This document shows positions 9,913-21,498 of a stretch of 64,000 bases of DNA, in pieces (position 1 is the stretch's first letter; each line of letters begins with the position of its first letter). This DNA comes from Patescibacteria group bacterium (GTDB lineage Bacteria > Patescibacteriota > Microgenomatia > Levybacterales > UBA12049), in the NCBI GenBank assembly GCA_026004395.1, contig BPJB01000001.1:713226-777225 (forward strand). The letters run 5' to 3'. The position numbers and the translations under genes were made by a program. The notes under the pieces are model-generated. The model saw only the letters and a program-made list of their open reading frames with translations, was not told where the DNA came from and searched no databases.

Positions 9913-11049
9913 ATGCAACAAAAATCTCCTAAAAATACCGGACAGATAAGCAATCTAAAAATATTAAAAGTAAGACGCTTTCTCCAAACCTATCATGTAG
10001 ATGCAGTTCTTATCTCCTCAATTACTAACATTATCTATCTTACTTCCTACTCTGGATTTTCTTATCATGAAAGAGATGCTTATATTTTAATAACCAAATA
10101 TCAACAATACCTTTTTACTAATACCTTGTATTTTGAAGAAGTAAAGACAGTAGTCAAGGATTTCCAAATTTATGAAATTAATAAAAATAATCCATTCCCT
10201 AAGTTACTTACCAAACTTATAAGAGAAAATAATATTCAAACTCTGGGAATAGAAAGTGATAATCTTACACTTAAAGAATATCAAGATTTGCAAAAAAATA
10301 TCAAAATTAAATTCAAATCCTTATCCCTCTCTTCATTACGAATACAAAAAACAGATGAAGAGATTAAAAAGATTAATCAAGCCTGTAATCTGGGAGATAA
10401 GGCATTCGACTTTATTCTGAAATTTATTAGACCTGGAATAACAGAAAAAGATATAGCTTTTGAAATAGAAACATTTATTCGCAAAAATGGTGGTGAAGTA
10501 GCATTTCCAACTATTGTCGGCTTTGGTAGCAACAGCGCAATACCCCATCACAAAACTAACAATACAGTTCTTCGAAACAACGATATTATTTTGATTGATT
10601 TTGGAGTTCGACTAAACAATTATTGCTCAGATATGACACGAACATTCTTTATTGGCAAACCCACGCAGGAACAAAATATTGTTTATAACATTGTCCGCAA
10701 AGCGCAAAAAAAAGCCCTCGAACTATTGTATCATAAGTTAGTATATGATACACAAAGGAGATATATTACAGCGGCAAGTTTGGATAAAATCGTTAGAGAA
10801 TATATTCTCTCTCAAGGATATCCCTCAATCCCTCACTCCTTAGGACACGGTATTGGCATTCAGGTCCACGAACCTCCAGCATTATCACCTACATCAAAAG
10901 ACAAACTAACTGATGGTATGGTTTTTTCTATTGAACCCGGGATTTATTTACCGGGTAGATTTGGCATCCGGATTGAGGATATATTTGCTATCCAAAACAG
11001 CAAATTAATTCAACTTACAAATGCATCTGTATCTCTTTTACAAATCTAA
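9913..11049 (+). CDS. Xaa-Pro aminopeptidase (M24)
   Basis: SAIPHH, YCSDMTRT, HSLGHGIGIQVHE, SIEPGIY, GIRIED. Confidence 0.95.
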   Translation: MQQKSPKNTGQISNLKILKVRRFLQTYHVDAVLISSITNIIYLTSYSGFSYHERDAYILITKYQQYLFTNTLYFEEVKTVVKDFQIYEINKNNPFPKLLTKLIRENNIQTLGIESDNLTLKEYQDLQKNIKIKFKSLSLSSLRIQKTDEEIKKINQACNLGDKAFDFILKFIRPGITEKDIAFEIETFIRKNGGEVAFPTIVGFGSNSAIPHHKTNNTVLRNNDIILIDFGVRLNNYCSDMTRTFFIGKPTQEQNIVYNIVRKAQKKALELLYHKLVYDTQRRYITAASLDKIVREYILSQGYPSIPHSLGHGIGIQVHEPPALSPTSKDKLTDGMVFSIEPGIYLPGRFGIRIEDIFAIQNSKLIQLTNASVSLLQI

Positions 11050-11181
11050 CAAATTTTAGACTTTGCTACTTAATTAAGATCAGCTATAATGTAAATACAC
11101 CAATCTGATACTAGCAGTTATTCTTTTTTTTGTGCTAAATGCAATAAACAACTTAATCTTAGTAATGAATTAAAAGTACAT

Positions 11182-12426
11182 ATGTTAATTCAAACTCTCA
11201 AAGGATTTCGAGATTTCTTGCCACAAGAGGCAAGAAAGAGACAGTATATTGTTAACACCTTAAAAGAGGTGTTTGAGTCATATGGTTTTGAGCCACTGGA
11301 AACACCTGCTCTTGAGTACGATGAGATTTTGTCAGGAAAATATGGAGAAGAAGGAGATAAGCTCATGTATAGTTTCACTGATCGGGGTGGACGTCATGTA
11401 GCATTGAAGTATGATCAGACTGTGCCTTTGGCTCGTGTAGTGGCACAATATGCAAATTCTCTTCCTCTTCCCTTCAAACGCTATCAAATACAGCCGGTAT
11501 GGCGAGCCGAGAATCCACAAAAAGGAAGATTTCGTGAATTTTTACAGTGCGATATTGACACGGTTGGTTCTTCCTCTCCTCTTGCAGATGCGGAGATTAT
11601 TTCAATCATTGTTGATGCCTATGAGACACTAGGATTTAAGAATTTCAAAGTGTTAATTAATGATAGAAAAAACTTATCCACATATAAAACATCATTTGAT
11701 ATTGATCCCGAAAAAATCATTCTGATTATTAGATCCATAGATAAATTAAAAAAAATCGGTTATGATGGCGTTTTAAATGAGCTAATAAGAATTGGTTTTA
11801 CTGAACGAGAAGCAAAAGAAATACTTGATAGCGTTGAGAAAACTCAACCAAGTGAAAACTTAAATGCAATCTTTTCCTATCTTAAGATATTAGGTGTTAC
11901 CAGCGATAAATATGAATTTTTACCAACATTAGCTCGAGGACTTGATTATTATACGGGAATCATTTTCGAAGTTGAGGTTCCTGAATACACTGTTGGATCC
12001 CTCGGTGGAGGTGGCAGATACGATAACTTGATTGGGATTTTTGCAGGAAGACCAATACCGGCTGTTGGCTTTTCATTTGGCTTTGATCGAATTGTTGAAG
12101 CAATGGAAATATTTAATCTTTTTCCTAAAGATTTGATAACCAGTAAAGTACTAGTGACCATATTTTCTCCAGAGTTTCTTACTAACTCCATTGAGATTAG
12201 TTACATCCTACGAGCAAACAATATTCCAACAGAGCTATACCTTGAACCGGAAACAAAAATGGAACGACAGCTAAAATATGCTGATCAAAAAGGTATACCC
12301 TTTGCTGTCATCATTGGGCCTGAGGAGATAAAAGATAATAAAGTTACTCTAAAAAATCTCAAGAAGCGAGAACAAAAACGAATTTCTGTTCAAGAAATCG
12401 CAAAAGAAGTACAAAGAGAATCCTAA
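11182..12426 (+). CDS. hisS: Histidine--tRNA ligase
   Basis: KGFRDFLP, RAENPQKGRFREFLQCD, LARGLDYYTG, GGGRYDNL. Confidence 0.98.
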   Translation: MLIQTLKGFRDFLPQEARKRQYIVNTLKEVFESYGFEPLETPALEYDEILSGKYGEEGDKLMYSFTDRGGRHVALKYDQTVPLARVVAQYANSLPLPFKRYQIQPVWRAENPQKGRFREFLQCDIDTVGSSSPLADAEIISIIVDAYETLGFKNFKVLINDRKNLSTYKTSFDIDPEKIILIIRSIDKLKKIGYDGVLNELIRIGFTEREAKEILDSVEKTQPSENLNAIFSYLKILGVTSDKYEFLPTLARGLDYYTGIIFEVEVPEYTVGSLGGGGRYDNLIGIFAGRPIPAVGFSFGFDRIVEAMEIFNLFPKDLITSKVLVTIFSPEFLTNSIEISYILRANNIPTELYLEPETKMERQLKYADQKGIPFAVIIGPEEIKDNKVTLKNLKKREQKRISVQEIAKEVQRES

Positions 12427-12515
12427 AATTGATCTAAAATTTTCTTTCCAGCTTACTATTATCTCTTGCATTAAGCCATTTATTGAAAAATTGATTGTAT
12501 TAATGCAACAATATA

Positions 12516-13454
12516 ATGATGAGGTTTTCTAAAACTCAAATTGCTATACTAGCTATCATAGTCACCAATATTATCTGGGGAGCAAGCTCACCTATTTTTA
12601 AATGGTCACTCACTGATATTGGACCCTTCTCCTTTGCATTTCTTCGCTTTTTTATAGCATCGATTCTTCTTTTTCCATTTACTATTCACAATCTGCAAAT
12701 AAACAAAAAAGAACTTATTACCCTTTTTGTATTATCATTTATTGGATTTTTTGTTCATATTTCTCTTTTTCTTTTTGGACTTACCGTATCATCAAGTATA
12801 AACGCACCTATTATCGCCTCCTCAGCTCCGATATTTCTTATTGTTGGATCAATTGTGATGTTGAAAGAGAATATACGGCAAAAAATACTCCTTGGAACAA
12901 TAATTAGTTTAGTAGGGGTCATGATTATTATTCTCAGACCGCTTCTTGATAAAGGATTAGATGGGACAATTATTGGTAATGTACTTTTTGTGATGGCTAC
13001 ACTATCTTTTGTCATCTATACACTCCTTCTTAAGGAATACCGTTTACATATTTCAACAACAAAGATGACATTTTATTTATTTGCAATTGCTACTGTTCTT
13101 TTCTTTCCATTTTTTTTGTGGGAATCGTCTCAACAATCAATATTTAATGAACTGACGAGTAAATCGCTACTAGGAATTCTTTTTGGATCTATCTTCACAT
13201 CAGTTATTGCCTATCTTCTCTATAATTTTGCACTAAAGTATATTCAGGCAAACGAAACTGGAATTTTTCTTTATATTGATCCTATTATTGCAATCCTTAT
13301 CGCAGTGCCACTTCTTGGTGAGCACATAACTCTTTCTTATTTATTAGGTTCTCTTCTCGTCTTCGTGGGGTTATTTATTGCTGAAAATCGTATGCACTAT
13401 CATCCTTTTTGGAAATTGCAGAAAAAATCTGTATTAAGCAATCCGCCTTCCTGA
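12516..13454 (+). CDS. DMT/EamA family transporter
   Basis: About ten TM segments in two EamA repeats; IWGAS, LRF, LLGE. Confidence 0.9.
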   Translation: MMRFSKTQIAILAIIVTNIIWGASSPIFKWSLTDIGPFSFAFLRFFIASILLFPFTIHNLQINKKELITLFVLSFIGFFVHISLFLFGLTVSSSINAPIIASSAPIFLIVGSIVMLKENIRQKILLGTIISLVGVMIIILRPLLDKGLDGTIIGNVLFVMATLSFVIYTLLLKEYRLHISTTKMTFYLFAIATVLFFPFFLWESSQQSIFNELTSKSLLGILFGSIFTSVIAYLLYNFALKYIQANETGIFLYIDPIIAILIAVPLLGEHITLSYLLGSLLVFVGLFIAENRMHYHPFWKLQKKSVLSNPPS

Positions 13455-15002
13455 AATATACACATCATCTTCTCGCAAAAATGCAGAAAAGACTACGTTT
13501 TTCTCTTTTTTAGGTGATAATTTTGGGAGATTTTCTGTTATTAAAGCTAAGTGCCTAGTAATAAAAAACTGTTCTTCATTAAGAGATGAAGTTTCAAACC
13601 ATTCTTTATCAACTGTTTCACCAGTAAGAATATACGATTCAAGAAGGCTTTTATCCATATTCATTGCTTGTTTACGAGCGATCAAAAATACTTCAAGAAT
13701 GATACGTTCAACAAATGAGGGCAATGATCGTTGGTACGAACGATAAAGCTTATGTAGTTCTTCCCATGAAGAAAGACTGTTGGATAATAATTCTTGAGAA
13801 ATTAAGCTTCTTGCCATTCTTAAATAATTCTCTTGATTGTCTTCAGTTGCGTTATCCTTTTGTACTACGTAAGATGCATTTTCACTACAATTTACGTTCA
13901 GAGAAAACAAACCTCTTCTAGTTAAGTGGCTAATGACCTCTTCGATGACTTCATAATCATGTCCACTTATCTTAGCAACGTCATCCATTGTACCTCCACG
14001 AAGAAGTACCGGAAGAAAAAACTTTGCTAACAAATCCAAGTATTTCTCTGGAATTTCAGCTTTTCCACACAAAAAAAATTGATCTACATCAGAATTAATT
14101 CTTAGATTTGACTCTGGTAGTATGTTGTTTAATGCAGTTGAGATAAAATGTACATCATCCACCAAATTATTCAAATCTATATGTTGATTGTATTTGCTGT
14201 TATAAAGGTTTAAAACATCCATCATAGAGAGATATGAAAAATTATGCTCACTATCGGCCAAGCCACTTGATACTAACGAAGCATAAATCATCTCAAGTAC
14301 ATTTAATCTTTTTCCTTGTTTACCTTTATTTAGCTTTCTTTTATATTGCTGATAAAGTTCTTCCAGTCGAGGTACTCTTACAGTATCTACTATTTCACGC
14401 GCTTTGACTAAAGCGCGAAAGTATGCTTTCTCTGATTCTGATAAATCTTCTCCTTTTGTTGATGATAATTTTGCGATGAGTGCATCAGCAGAAATACGTT
14501 TGTCTTTTCTAGGGCTTGGCTTACCAAGATGGCTTGTTCTCAGTTTTTGACTAATCTCTTCACGGGTTGGACGAGGTAGAACACCTTTATCTCGCGCATT
14601 TCGTATAACACCTTTTACTTGGCTATAGGATAAATTATGTTTTTCCATCACTTCTTTAATCGACATACCCTGCAGAAGATCTGGCAAAATCATATTTTGC
14701 AATCTACCACGACCCAAATGTGCTCTACTCTTTGCAATTTTGATAGATTCTTCGGTAACAGGAGGAAGAATACCAGCTTTTCGTGCTCTGGCTATTGTAC
14801 ACTTTACAGCATTTATTGACATCTCAGTCTTTTCTGCAATCTCAGAGATTGTCATCTCATGATTAAGATAATAGGAAAAGTAGGGCTTTACTTTGTCTAA
14901 AGATACACCGGGAGCGTTCCGTTTTCGCAACAGAGTAGTTTCTTTTATTACTTGAGAATAGATTTGTGGAATTTCCCTTTTGGGTTTTTGTTCTGTTGAC
15001 AT
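13434..15002 (-). CDS. Hypothetical protein with three HTH-like repeats
   Basis: MTISEIAEKTEMSINAVK / MSIKEVMEKHNLSYSQVK / GTMDDVAKISGHDYEVIE. Confidence 0.75.
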   Translation of the reverse strand: MSTEQKPKREIPQIYSQVIKETTLLRKRNAPGVSLDKVKPYFSYYLNHEMTISEIAEKTEMSINAVKCTIARARKAGILPPVTEESIKIAKSRAHLGRGRLQNMILPDLLQGMSIKEVMEKHNLSYSQVKGVIRNARDKGVLPRPTREEISQKLRTSHLGKPSPRKDKRISADALIAKLSSTKGEDLSESEKAYFRALVKAREIVDTVRVPRLEELYQQYKRKLNKGKQGKRLNVLEMIYASLVSSGLADSEHNFSYLSMMDVLNLYNSKYNQHIDLNNLVDDVHFISTALNNILPESNLRINSDVDQFFLCGKAEIPEKYLDLLAKFFLPVLLRGGTMDDVAKISGHDYEVIEEVISHLTRRGLFSLNVNCSENASYVVQKDNATEDNQENYLRMARSLISQELLSNSLSSWEELHKLYRSYQRSLPSFVERIILEVFLIARKQAMNMDKSLLESYILTGETVDKEWFETSSLNEEQFFITRHLALITENLPKLSPKKEKNVVFSAFLREDDVYISGRRIA

Positions 15003-15022
15003 GAAAAACTTTAAACTGGTGT

Positions 15023-15052
15023 ATTATAGGCTTGTAGTATTACTGTTGTCAA
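15023..15052 (-). promoter_or_regulatory. Consensus sigma70 promoter of the multi-HTH gene
   Basis: TTGACA-N18-TATAAT on the minus strand, about 20 nt upstream of ATG 15002. Confidence 0.75.
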
Positions 15053-15245
15053 TTGAGTGAGCATTTTTCCCTGAATGTATATTCCTGTGTTAATTTTGTC
15101 AATGATAAATATTAAGCGCATATCAAAATCTTGCCAACTAACTTTTTACTATGGGTATTATTTTCTTCAAATCACTTTCTATAGAAGATGAGCCTGGAAA
15201 GTTTCTACTTTTGCGTAATCGATGAACACCTTATATTCTATTAAC

Positions 15246-15914
15246 TTATATCTTTCCATTATGTTCTTCAAACACAGTTTTCAGTTTTTGCAGTCCAAGC
15301 CGCCTCCTCGTCTTTACTGTTCCCAAAGGAAGACTTGTTCTCGCAGCAATTTCACTATCTGATATTTCTTGAAAAAAATTAAGCTCAATAACATCTCTTT
15401 GACCATTTGGGAGAGCGCGTAAAGCATCGCGGACAGACTCTTTCTCCTCATTTGCAATTACAATCTCCTCAGGCGTTGAAGAATCACTTATTATCTCATA
15501 CAAAATATCCTCTGCATCTTCAAAATTATCATCAACATTGTGTCTATAATGATTGGATTGTCTTGAGTCGATTTGAGGTCTCCTATTTCTTTTGCGCATC
15601 TCATCAATAACAGTATTACGGGCAATCTGAAATAACCAATTTAAAAAAGTGCCTCTCTCTTGTTCAAAAGATTCTCTATTAATCCATGCTTTTTCAAATA
15701 TTATCTGGCATATATCTTCAATGTCTTCTCGCGTAAATGCGTTTGGACCTACTATACTGCGAATAAATCTCATGTTCATTCTTCTTAACATCTCGAATGC
15801 GTCATTATCATTAAAAACTTCATCAGGCGTCAGAAGATTCTCTTCATCTAAATCATCTGACCTGTTGTCTCTATCTCTATATGAGTTATTTTTTGCTAAT
15901 CTTTCAACTGACAT
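15246..15914 (-). CDS. ECF (sigma-70 group 4) RNA polymerase sigma factor
   Basis: Region 2 WLFQIARNTVIDEMRKR; region 4 ALPNGQRDVIEL...EIAARTSLPLGTVKTR; start at ATG 15914 (MSVER). Confidence 0.92.
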   Translation of the reverse strand: MSVERLAKNNSYRDRDNRSDDLDEENLLTPDEVFNDNDAFEMLRRMNMRFIRSIVGPNAFTREDIEDICQIIFEKAWINRESFEQERGTFLNWLFQIARNTVIDEMRKRNRRPQIDSRQSNHYRHNVDDNFEDAEDILYEIISDSSTPEEIVIANEEKESVRDALRALPNGQRDVIELNFFQEISDSEIAARTSLPLGTVKTRRRLGLQKLKTVFEEHNGKI

Positions 15915-15971
15915 AAAACCCTTTTTTTGCAAAATTATCAATTTCCTGCTCAGTCAAAATAGTTTTGGGCA

Positions 15972-16000
15972 ATTATATGCAGATAATAGACTCTTGTCAA
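15972..16000 (-). promoter_or_regulatory. Consensus sigma70 promoter of the ECF sigma gene
   Basis: TTGACA-N17-TATAAT on the minus strand. Confidence 0.8.
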
Positions 16001-16221
16001 TTAAAAAGGGTCCTAAATAATAAAACAACCTTAAAGCTGATTAGCATATTACTCTTTCACCTAAAAATAAAATCTTAGATTTTTCATTTTATTGATATAC
16101 TATATTCAAAATTAATATGCATAAATTAAAAAGAAATTATTTACAAAGTAATAAAATAAAGTCAACTGTCTTTAGCTAGCAATATCTAAAACAATTTAAA
16201 TTATTATTTTTTAGACTAAGT

Positions 16222-17001
16222 TTGTTTGTATTTTTTATTTTTGTATTTTTAACTTTTGCTCATATTTTTCAAAATAATAAAAATATTGATCAACTTCAAA
16301 CTCTGCCAAACACGTCTGATAAAATTGCACCATCATCTAATAAAGTAACAAATGATTTTTATCTTGATATTAAATCAGTATTTTTACTGATAAAAAATAA
16401 ATATAAAAGTAATCTTCTAAAAGGTGATTACTTTAGCATGTGGTGGATTAACACGGATGGCTTAAATATTATTAATGATAATTCAAAAGGCATAGAGCTT
16501 AATATTGATAACTGCGACACACCAACAAATTTAAATTTATGCTTTAAAGAACTGACTCAATTAATTAGTAAAGAGATAAATAAAATTATGAAGCAAAATG
16601 GATTTAAACTAAATCAAATTAATTCATCAAAATCAGTAAATGACGGACAATTTTATGATTACATTCAAGCTTATGAAAAAGGATCAGTTAAAGCAGTACT
16701 GACAGCCAACCCGGATGATTATACAATTTCATTTGTTTTTACAGATAATTTTGACAAAAACTATAAAGAACAATATCCATATTTAAAAGACTTAGAGATA
16801 AAGAATGCTGTTATTCGTATTCAAAAAAAATCAAAAAATTTTATAAAACTGTATGTTCAATATAGAAGAACAGGTGCTTTTATTATTGCAAAAGAAGTAA
16901 ATGGCAAATGGATAAAAGTATATTCAGGGCAAGTGGATCCAAGCTGCAAAGTTGTAAAACAGTATTCAATTCCCAAAGAAATAACTCCAGGTTGTTATTA
17001 A
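16222..17001 (+). CDS. Hypothetical secreted protein in an AT-rich stretch
   Basis: Hydrophobic N-terminus and Cys pairs; start codon uncertain. Confidence 0.6.
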   Translation: MFVFFIFVFLTFAHIFQNNKNIDQLQTLPNTSDKIAPSSNKVTNDFYLDIKSVFLLIKNKYKSNLLKGDYFSMWWINTDGLNIINDNSKGIELNIDNCDTPTNLNLCFKELTQLISKEINKIMKQNGFKLNQINSSKSVNDGQFYDYIQAYEKGSVKAVLTANPDDYTISFVFTDNFDKNYKEQYPYLKDLEIKNAVIRIQKKSKNFIKLYVQYRRTGAFIIAKEVNGKWIKVYSGQVDPSCKVVKQYSIPKEITPGCY

Positions 17002-17333
17002 AAGTACGTCTATATTAGACTGACAATCTAATTTTCTTAAAACAAGTAGCAATTATAATACTCCTATTCTTAAAAAATTGGCTATTAAATATAAGTCTTT
17101 GGTCAAAATAATGAACGATTCTATTGATTTAGCATATTAAAATTAATTCACAGATAAATTATTTATCCACAATTTTATTAAGATTGCAAAGTGCATATTT
17201 GCAATAAGAAATACAAAAATAAAATTTACTATTGTTAGCTAAAGAAAATTTTTTGTAAAAGACAGTAATTTACACATTGTTTAATTAATAATAAAATAAA
17301 ATCTGATAAATTAAATAACATTAAAACCAAAAT

Positions 17334-18059
17334 ATGACAAAAAGAAATAAAATTAAGCTAACGCACCCCGAACCGCATTCAGCAAAATCAGTATCACATT
17401 TAAATTGGCTACGGGCTTCGGTATTAGGCGCAAATGACGGAATTGTTTCCATTGCTGGATTGGTAATAGGTGTAGCAGGAGCAACCAATTCCTCAGGGGT
17501 AATCTTGACTGCGGGACTCGCTGGTATCCTTGCAGGAGCAATATCAATGGCTGCAGGAGAGTATGTATCTGTTAGCAGTTCTCGAGATACTGAAAAGGCA
17601 TTACTAAGAAAAGAAAAATTTGAGTTACAACATTATCCTCAAGAAGAATTTTATGAACTAGTAAAAATTTATGAAAAGAAAGGACTCAGCAGAAAAACTG
17701 CAATGATTGTAGCCAAAGAATTAACAGCTAAAGATGCTTTTAAAGCTCATGTAGATGCAGAATTAGGAATTGATCCTGATAATCTCACTAATCCCTGGCA
17801 TGCAGCACTTGCTTCAGCACTATCATTTATCATGGGTGCTGTTATTCCTTTATTTGCCATATTACTACCCCCAGCTGCAATTCGTATTCCTGTAGCCTTT
17901 CTTTCAGTCATTGTAGCTTTAGCGATTACTGGCATATTGAGTGCAAAAGCAGGTGATGCACATGTTATTAGAGCTACTCTACGAGTTGTATTAGGTGGAG
18001 TCATTGCAATGGTTATAACATATTCTGTTGGAAGAGTATTTGGTGCAAGTGGAATATAA
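17334..18059 (+). CDS. VIT1/CCC1 family Fe/Mn transporter
   Basis: LRASVLGANDGIVS, SMAAGEYVSVSS, ELGID..NPWHAA. Confidence 0.95.
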   Translation: MTKRNKIKLTHPEPHSAKSVSHLNWLRASVLGANDGIVSIAGLVIGVAGATNSSGVILTAGLAGILAGAISMAAGEYVSVSSSRDTEKALLRKEKFELQHYPQEEFYELVKIYEKKGLSRKTAMIVAKELTAKDAFKAHVDAELGIDPDNLTNPWHAALASALSFIMGAVIPLFAILLPPAAIRIPVAFLSVIVALAITGILSAKAGDAHVIRATLRVVLGGVIAMVITYSVGRVFGASGI

Positions 18060-18222
18060 CTAAAAAATAGTCAATAACACGTTTATATCCTCTATATTTT
18101 ATTAATTTACTAATGATATTAAACAGCTTTTATTAGTATTCCTACTGAAATCTTTTTGTAATTTGATGTACATGTTACTAGCGCTTGTCAATTAGGAAGT
18201 GATAAGATATAATTGATTTGCC

Positions 18223-18522
18223 ATGAAAGCTACAATTCATCCTACATATTATGATAATGCACAAGTCATCTGTGTCTGTGGTAACCGTTTTACCATCGGT
18301 TCAACGCGGGAAATTATCCATGTTGAGCTCTGCAATAAATGTCATCCCTTTTATACAGGTGAACAGAAATTTGTGGATACAGCCTCTCGCATCCAGAAAT
18401 TCCAACAAAAGCAACAAACTGCACAGAATTACAAAATTACCAAAGTTAAAAAACAGGAAGAAAAGAAAAAAGCAGCTGAAGCTCCCAAAACTTTACGCGA
18501 AATGCTTATGTCCCTCAAATAG
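18223..18522 (+). CDS. rpmE: 50S ribosomal protein L31 (Cys-containing type)
   Basis: [27 protein letters not shown]. Confidence 0.97.
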   Translation: MKATIHPTYYDNAQVICVCGNRFTIGSTREIIHVELCNKCHPFYTGEQKFVDTASRIQKFQQKQQTAQNYKITKVKKQEEKKKAAEAPKTLREMLMSLK

Positions 18523-18658
18523 ATGTTAATCGCCTCAAATGTTATAAAACTCAAAATATTGTTTAGGCATGTATCTAATTATAGCTTAGTCTCAATGACC
18601 CACAATGTAGGTAAACCAAAATAAACTGCAAATTTTAATAAATTTAACAACTATAAGT

Positions 18659-19555
18659 ATGAATGATTATCGCTATACACAGTTAAAAGAAATAGAAAAG
18701 AAAATAGAGGAAACCAAAACTCTACTGCAAGATCCTTCATTGGCAGAACTTGCAAAAGAGGAACTCGATTCTTTGGAAATACAAAAAAAAGCTATTGAAG
18801 AAAGTCTCAAACATTCCCAAGAAGAAGAACGATCAGATGACTTAGACAACAGAAACGTAATTCTTGAAGTAAAAGGGGCTGCTGGAGGAGATGAGGCAAA
18901 TATTTTTGCTGATGAGCTTTTGAGAATGTATATGAGATACGCTGAAAAAAAAGGCTTGAAAACAGAGTTTTTGGATGACAATGTTTTAAAAATATCAGGT
19001 AAAGGAGCGTTTAATGTATTTAAATACGAGGCTGGAGTACATCGTGTCCAGAGAGTTCCCAAAACAGAAAAAAAGGGTCGTATTCATACATCAACTGTTA
19101 CTGTATCAGTACTGCCAGAACTTCAAGATATAGATTTACACATTAATCCGGAAGATATTGAATTTGAAGCATTCCGATCGGGAGGACATGGTGGACAAAA
19201 TGTTAACAAAGTCTCAACAGCTGTACGTCTCATTCACAAACCCACAGGACTTGTCGTTACTTCTCAATCGGAAAGATCTCAAGCCCAAAATCGAGAAATT
19301 GCCATGACACTTCTTCGCGCACGACTCTGGGAACAAGCTGTTGAAAAACAGCAAAAAGAATATGCCTCCCTAAAAGCTACCCAAGTAGGAAGAGGTATGC
19401 GAGCTGAGAAAATTAAAACCTATAACTTCCCCCAGGACCGCATGACAGATCATCGACTTGGTAAATCATGGAGCAATCTTGCTGCTATTCTTGATGGAGA
19501 TATCCCCGAAGAACGTCCTACTGATAATATGCGAAAAGAAGAAGCATCAGAATAA
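18659..19555 (+). CDS. prfA: Peptide chain release factor 1 (shortened N-terminal domain)
   Basis: [14 protein letters not shown] (PxT), [24 protein letters not shown]. Confidence 0.9.
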   Translation: MNDYRYTQLKEIEKKIEETKTLLQDPSLAELAKEELDSLEIQKKAIEESLKHSQEEERSDDLDNRNVILEVKGAAGGDEANIFADELLRMYMRYAEKKGLKTEFLDDNVLKISGKGAFNVFKYEAGVHRVQRVPKTEKKGRIHTSTVTVSVLPELQDIDLHINPEDIEFEAFRSGGHGGQNVNKVSTAVRLIHKPTGLVVTSQSERSQAQNREIAMTLLRARLWEQAVEKQQKEYASLKATQVGRGMRAEKIKTYNFPQDRMTDHRLGKSWSNLAAILDGDIPEERPTDNMRKEEASE

Positions 19556-19646
19556 ATTAAGTATTAAACTAGACAAATCATTAATTTTCAGAACTTAAAT
19601 TCTCAATCAAATAAGAATCAAATAAATTTGAGCAAATATTTGAAAA

Positions 19647-21333
19647 CTATTGGAGATATTCCATATCTTTCGCTTTAAATTTCTCAATAATCTCTAAATG
19701 GTTATTACTTATTAGAATTTTTGCTAGATGATGTCCTCCAGCTAAATGAGGAAGTACAACATAATCTGCTCCAGCCTTGTATAGAGCTTTTGCATCTTCT
19801 GCTTCATATGCCATTACAACAATTGTTGCTTTTTTGTTCTTATGTAATAATCCTTCAATGAGCAATAAATTATCTTCAAGATCAGGAACAGTCGAAATAA
19901 CAAGTTTTGCCTTTTCAAAACCAACACGTTCTTGAATTTCAGGATCTGAAATATCTCCAAAGATGACATGATGCTCTTTTTCTTGCAATCTCTTAACAAT
20001 ATCAGGATCAAAATCTACTACTAGAATCTTCTCTTCAGTATTTTTAAGTGCATGCAGAATACTTTGTCCCATTTGATGACCACCAACAATAATGACATGA
20101 TTTTCCAATAACTTAAAGTTATTGGAAGAAACAAAATCACTATGTTTGCCTTGTCGAAGCTCAAGAAAGGAAAGATAATGACTAAAATAGCGATAGATTT
20201 TATTAGTACCCTGAATTAGATATGTCGATCCTACAAAAGTAATCATAGCTACAATTAGAAATAACGTTGTTACCTCATTGGAGATAACTCCTTTTTGATT
20301 GCCAATAAACATAATAATAAGGCTAAATTCAGAAATTTGAGCTAGACTAATTCCCACAAAAAATGATGTTCTCTTTCTAAAACCCATTAACCCTGTTATC
20401 AACATAACTATAGCTGGCTTAAGTATTATTACAAAGAAAGAAAAAATCAATGCAGGCAAAATTAAAGATGATATGCTAGTAAACTTCATCTCAAGCCCAA
20501 GCATGACGAAAAAGATTGTTATAAAAAAATCACGAAGTGCCTTCATACGAGCAACAATCTGATAATTTTCAGCACTTTCAGCCAAAGCAAGTCCTGCAAG
20601 AAAACCGCCAATTTCAATAGAAAACCCTATAAGAGGGGACGTAACTACAGCAGTTAATGCAAAAACCCACGCTAAACTAAAAAGAAAAAGTGATTCGGAT
20701 GAGCGAGCAATGCTGTGAAGAACTTTTGGGAATAGATACTTACTTAAAACAATTATCCAACCAAACAATACAATAGACTTTAAAAACACTAAAAGAATTT
20801 GCAAAATAAGTTTTGATGACTCACCTGAAATACTTGTTAGAAAAATAATAGTCATGACTGCAAAAAAAATCCTGCAGCAAGAGAATTCCCAATGCCAATT
20901 TTCCATGAAGACTATTGATATCCTTTTTATCTGAAAGAAGCTTAACAATAATAATTGTGCTTGAAAAAGAGAGTGCAATTGCAATATAAATACTCACAAT
21001 ATTTGAAAAACCAAGCAGTAAAGACAAAATAAAACCGAAAACAAAAGTCAAACCCATCTGCACTGTACCTGCCAAAACTGCTGTCTTACCAATCGAACGA
21101 AGTTCTTTAAGCTTAAGTTCCAATCCAAGCATAAAAAGTAAGAAAGTGATACCAAGCTGACCTAGAGTTTTCAAAGAATCTTGGTGTTGAAGGTGGAAAA
21201 AGCCTGCTGGGCCTAGCAAAACACCAGTAGCAATATACGCTAAAATCGGAGGCTGCCTTAAGTATCTAAAAGTGATATTCAAAATAGAGGCAACGATAAT
21301 AATGGCTGAAATTTCAATAAAAATTGCATCCAC
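19647..21333 (-). pseudogene. CPA2/Kef-type cation:proton antiporter with TrkA-N domain, split by a +1 frameshift
   Basis: Two overlapping ORFs join (LLQDFF|AVMTII) if the T8 run at 20862-20869 is T7. Confidence 0.85.
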
Positions 21334-21498
21334 ATCTTTAGTTTAACAAATTACTTCTTAATTACAAATTCCTTTTAGAATTAGATTTGAAACATCAGCA
21401 GATTTGTATCTACTCTTCTCTACTTAATGAACAATTGATACTACTGCGCTAATTAAATAAACAAAAATAAATTGCTGTAAGACAAATTTTTTGCTAAG

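Noticed and set aside
17164-17172. TTATCCACA DnaA box in an AT-rich intergenic region (possible oriC)
   Set aside because: It is a single box with no cluster and no dnaA/dnaN nearby.
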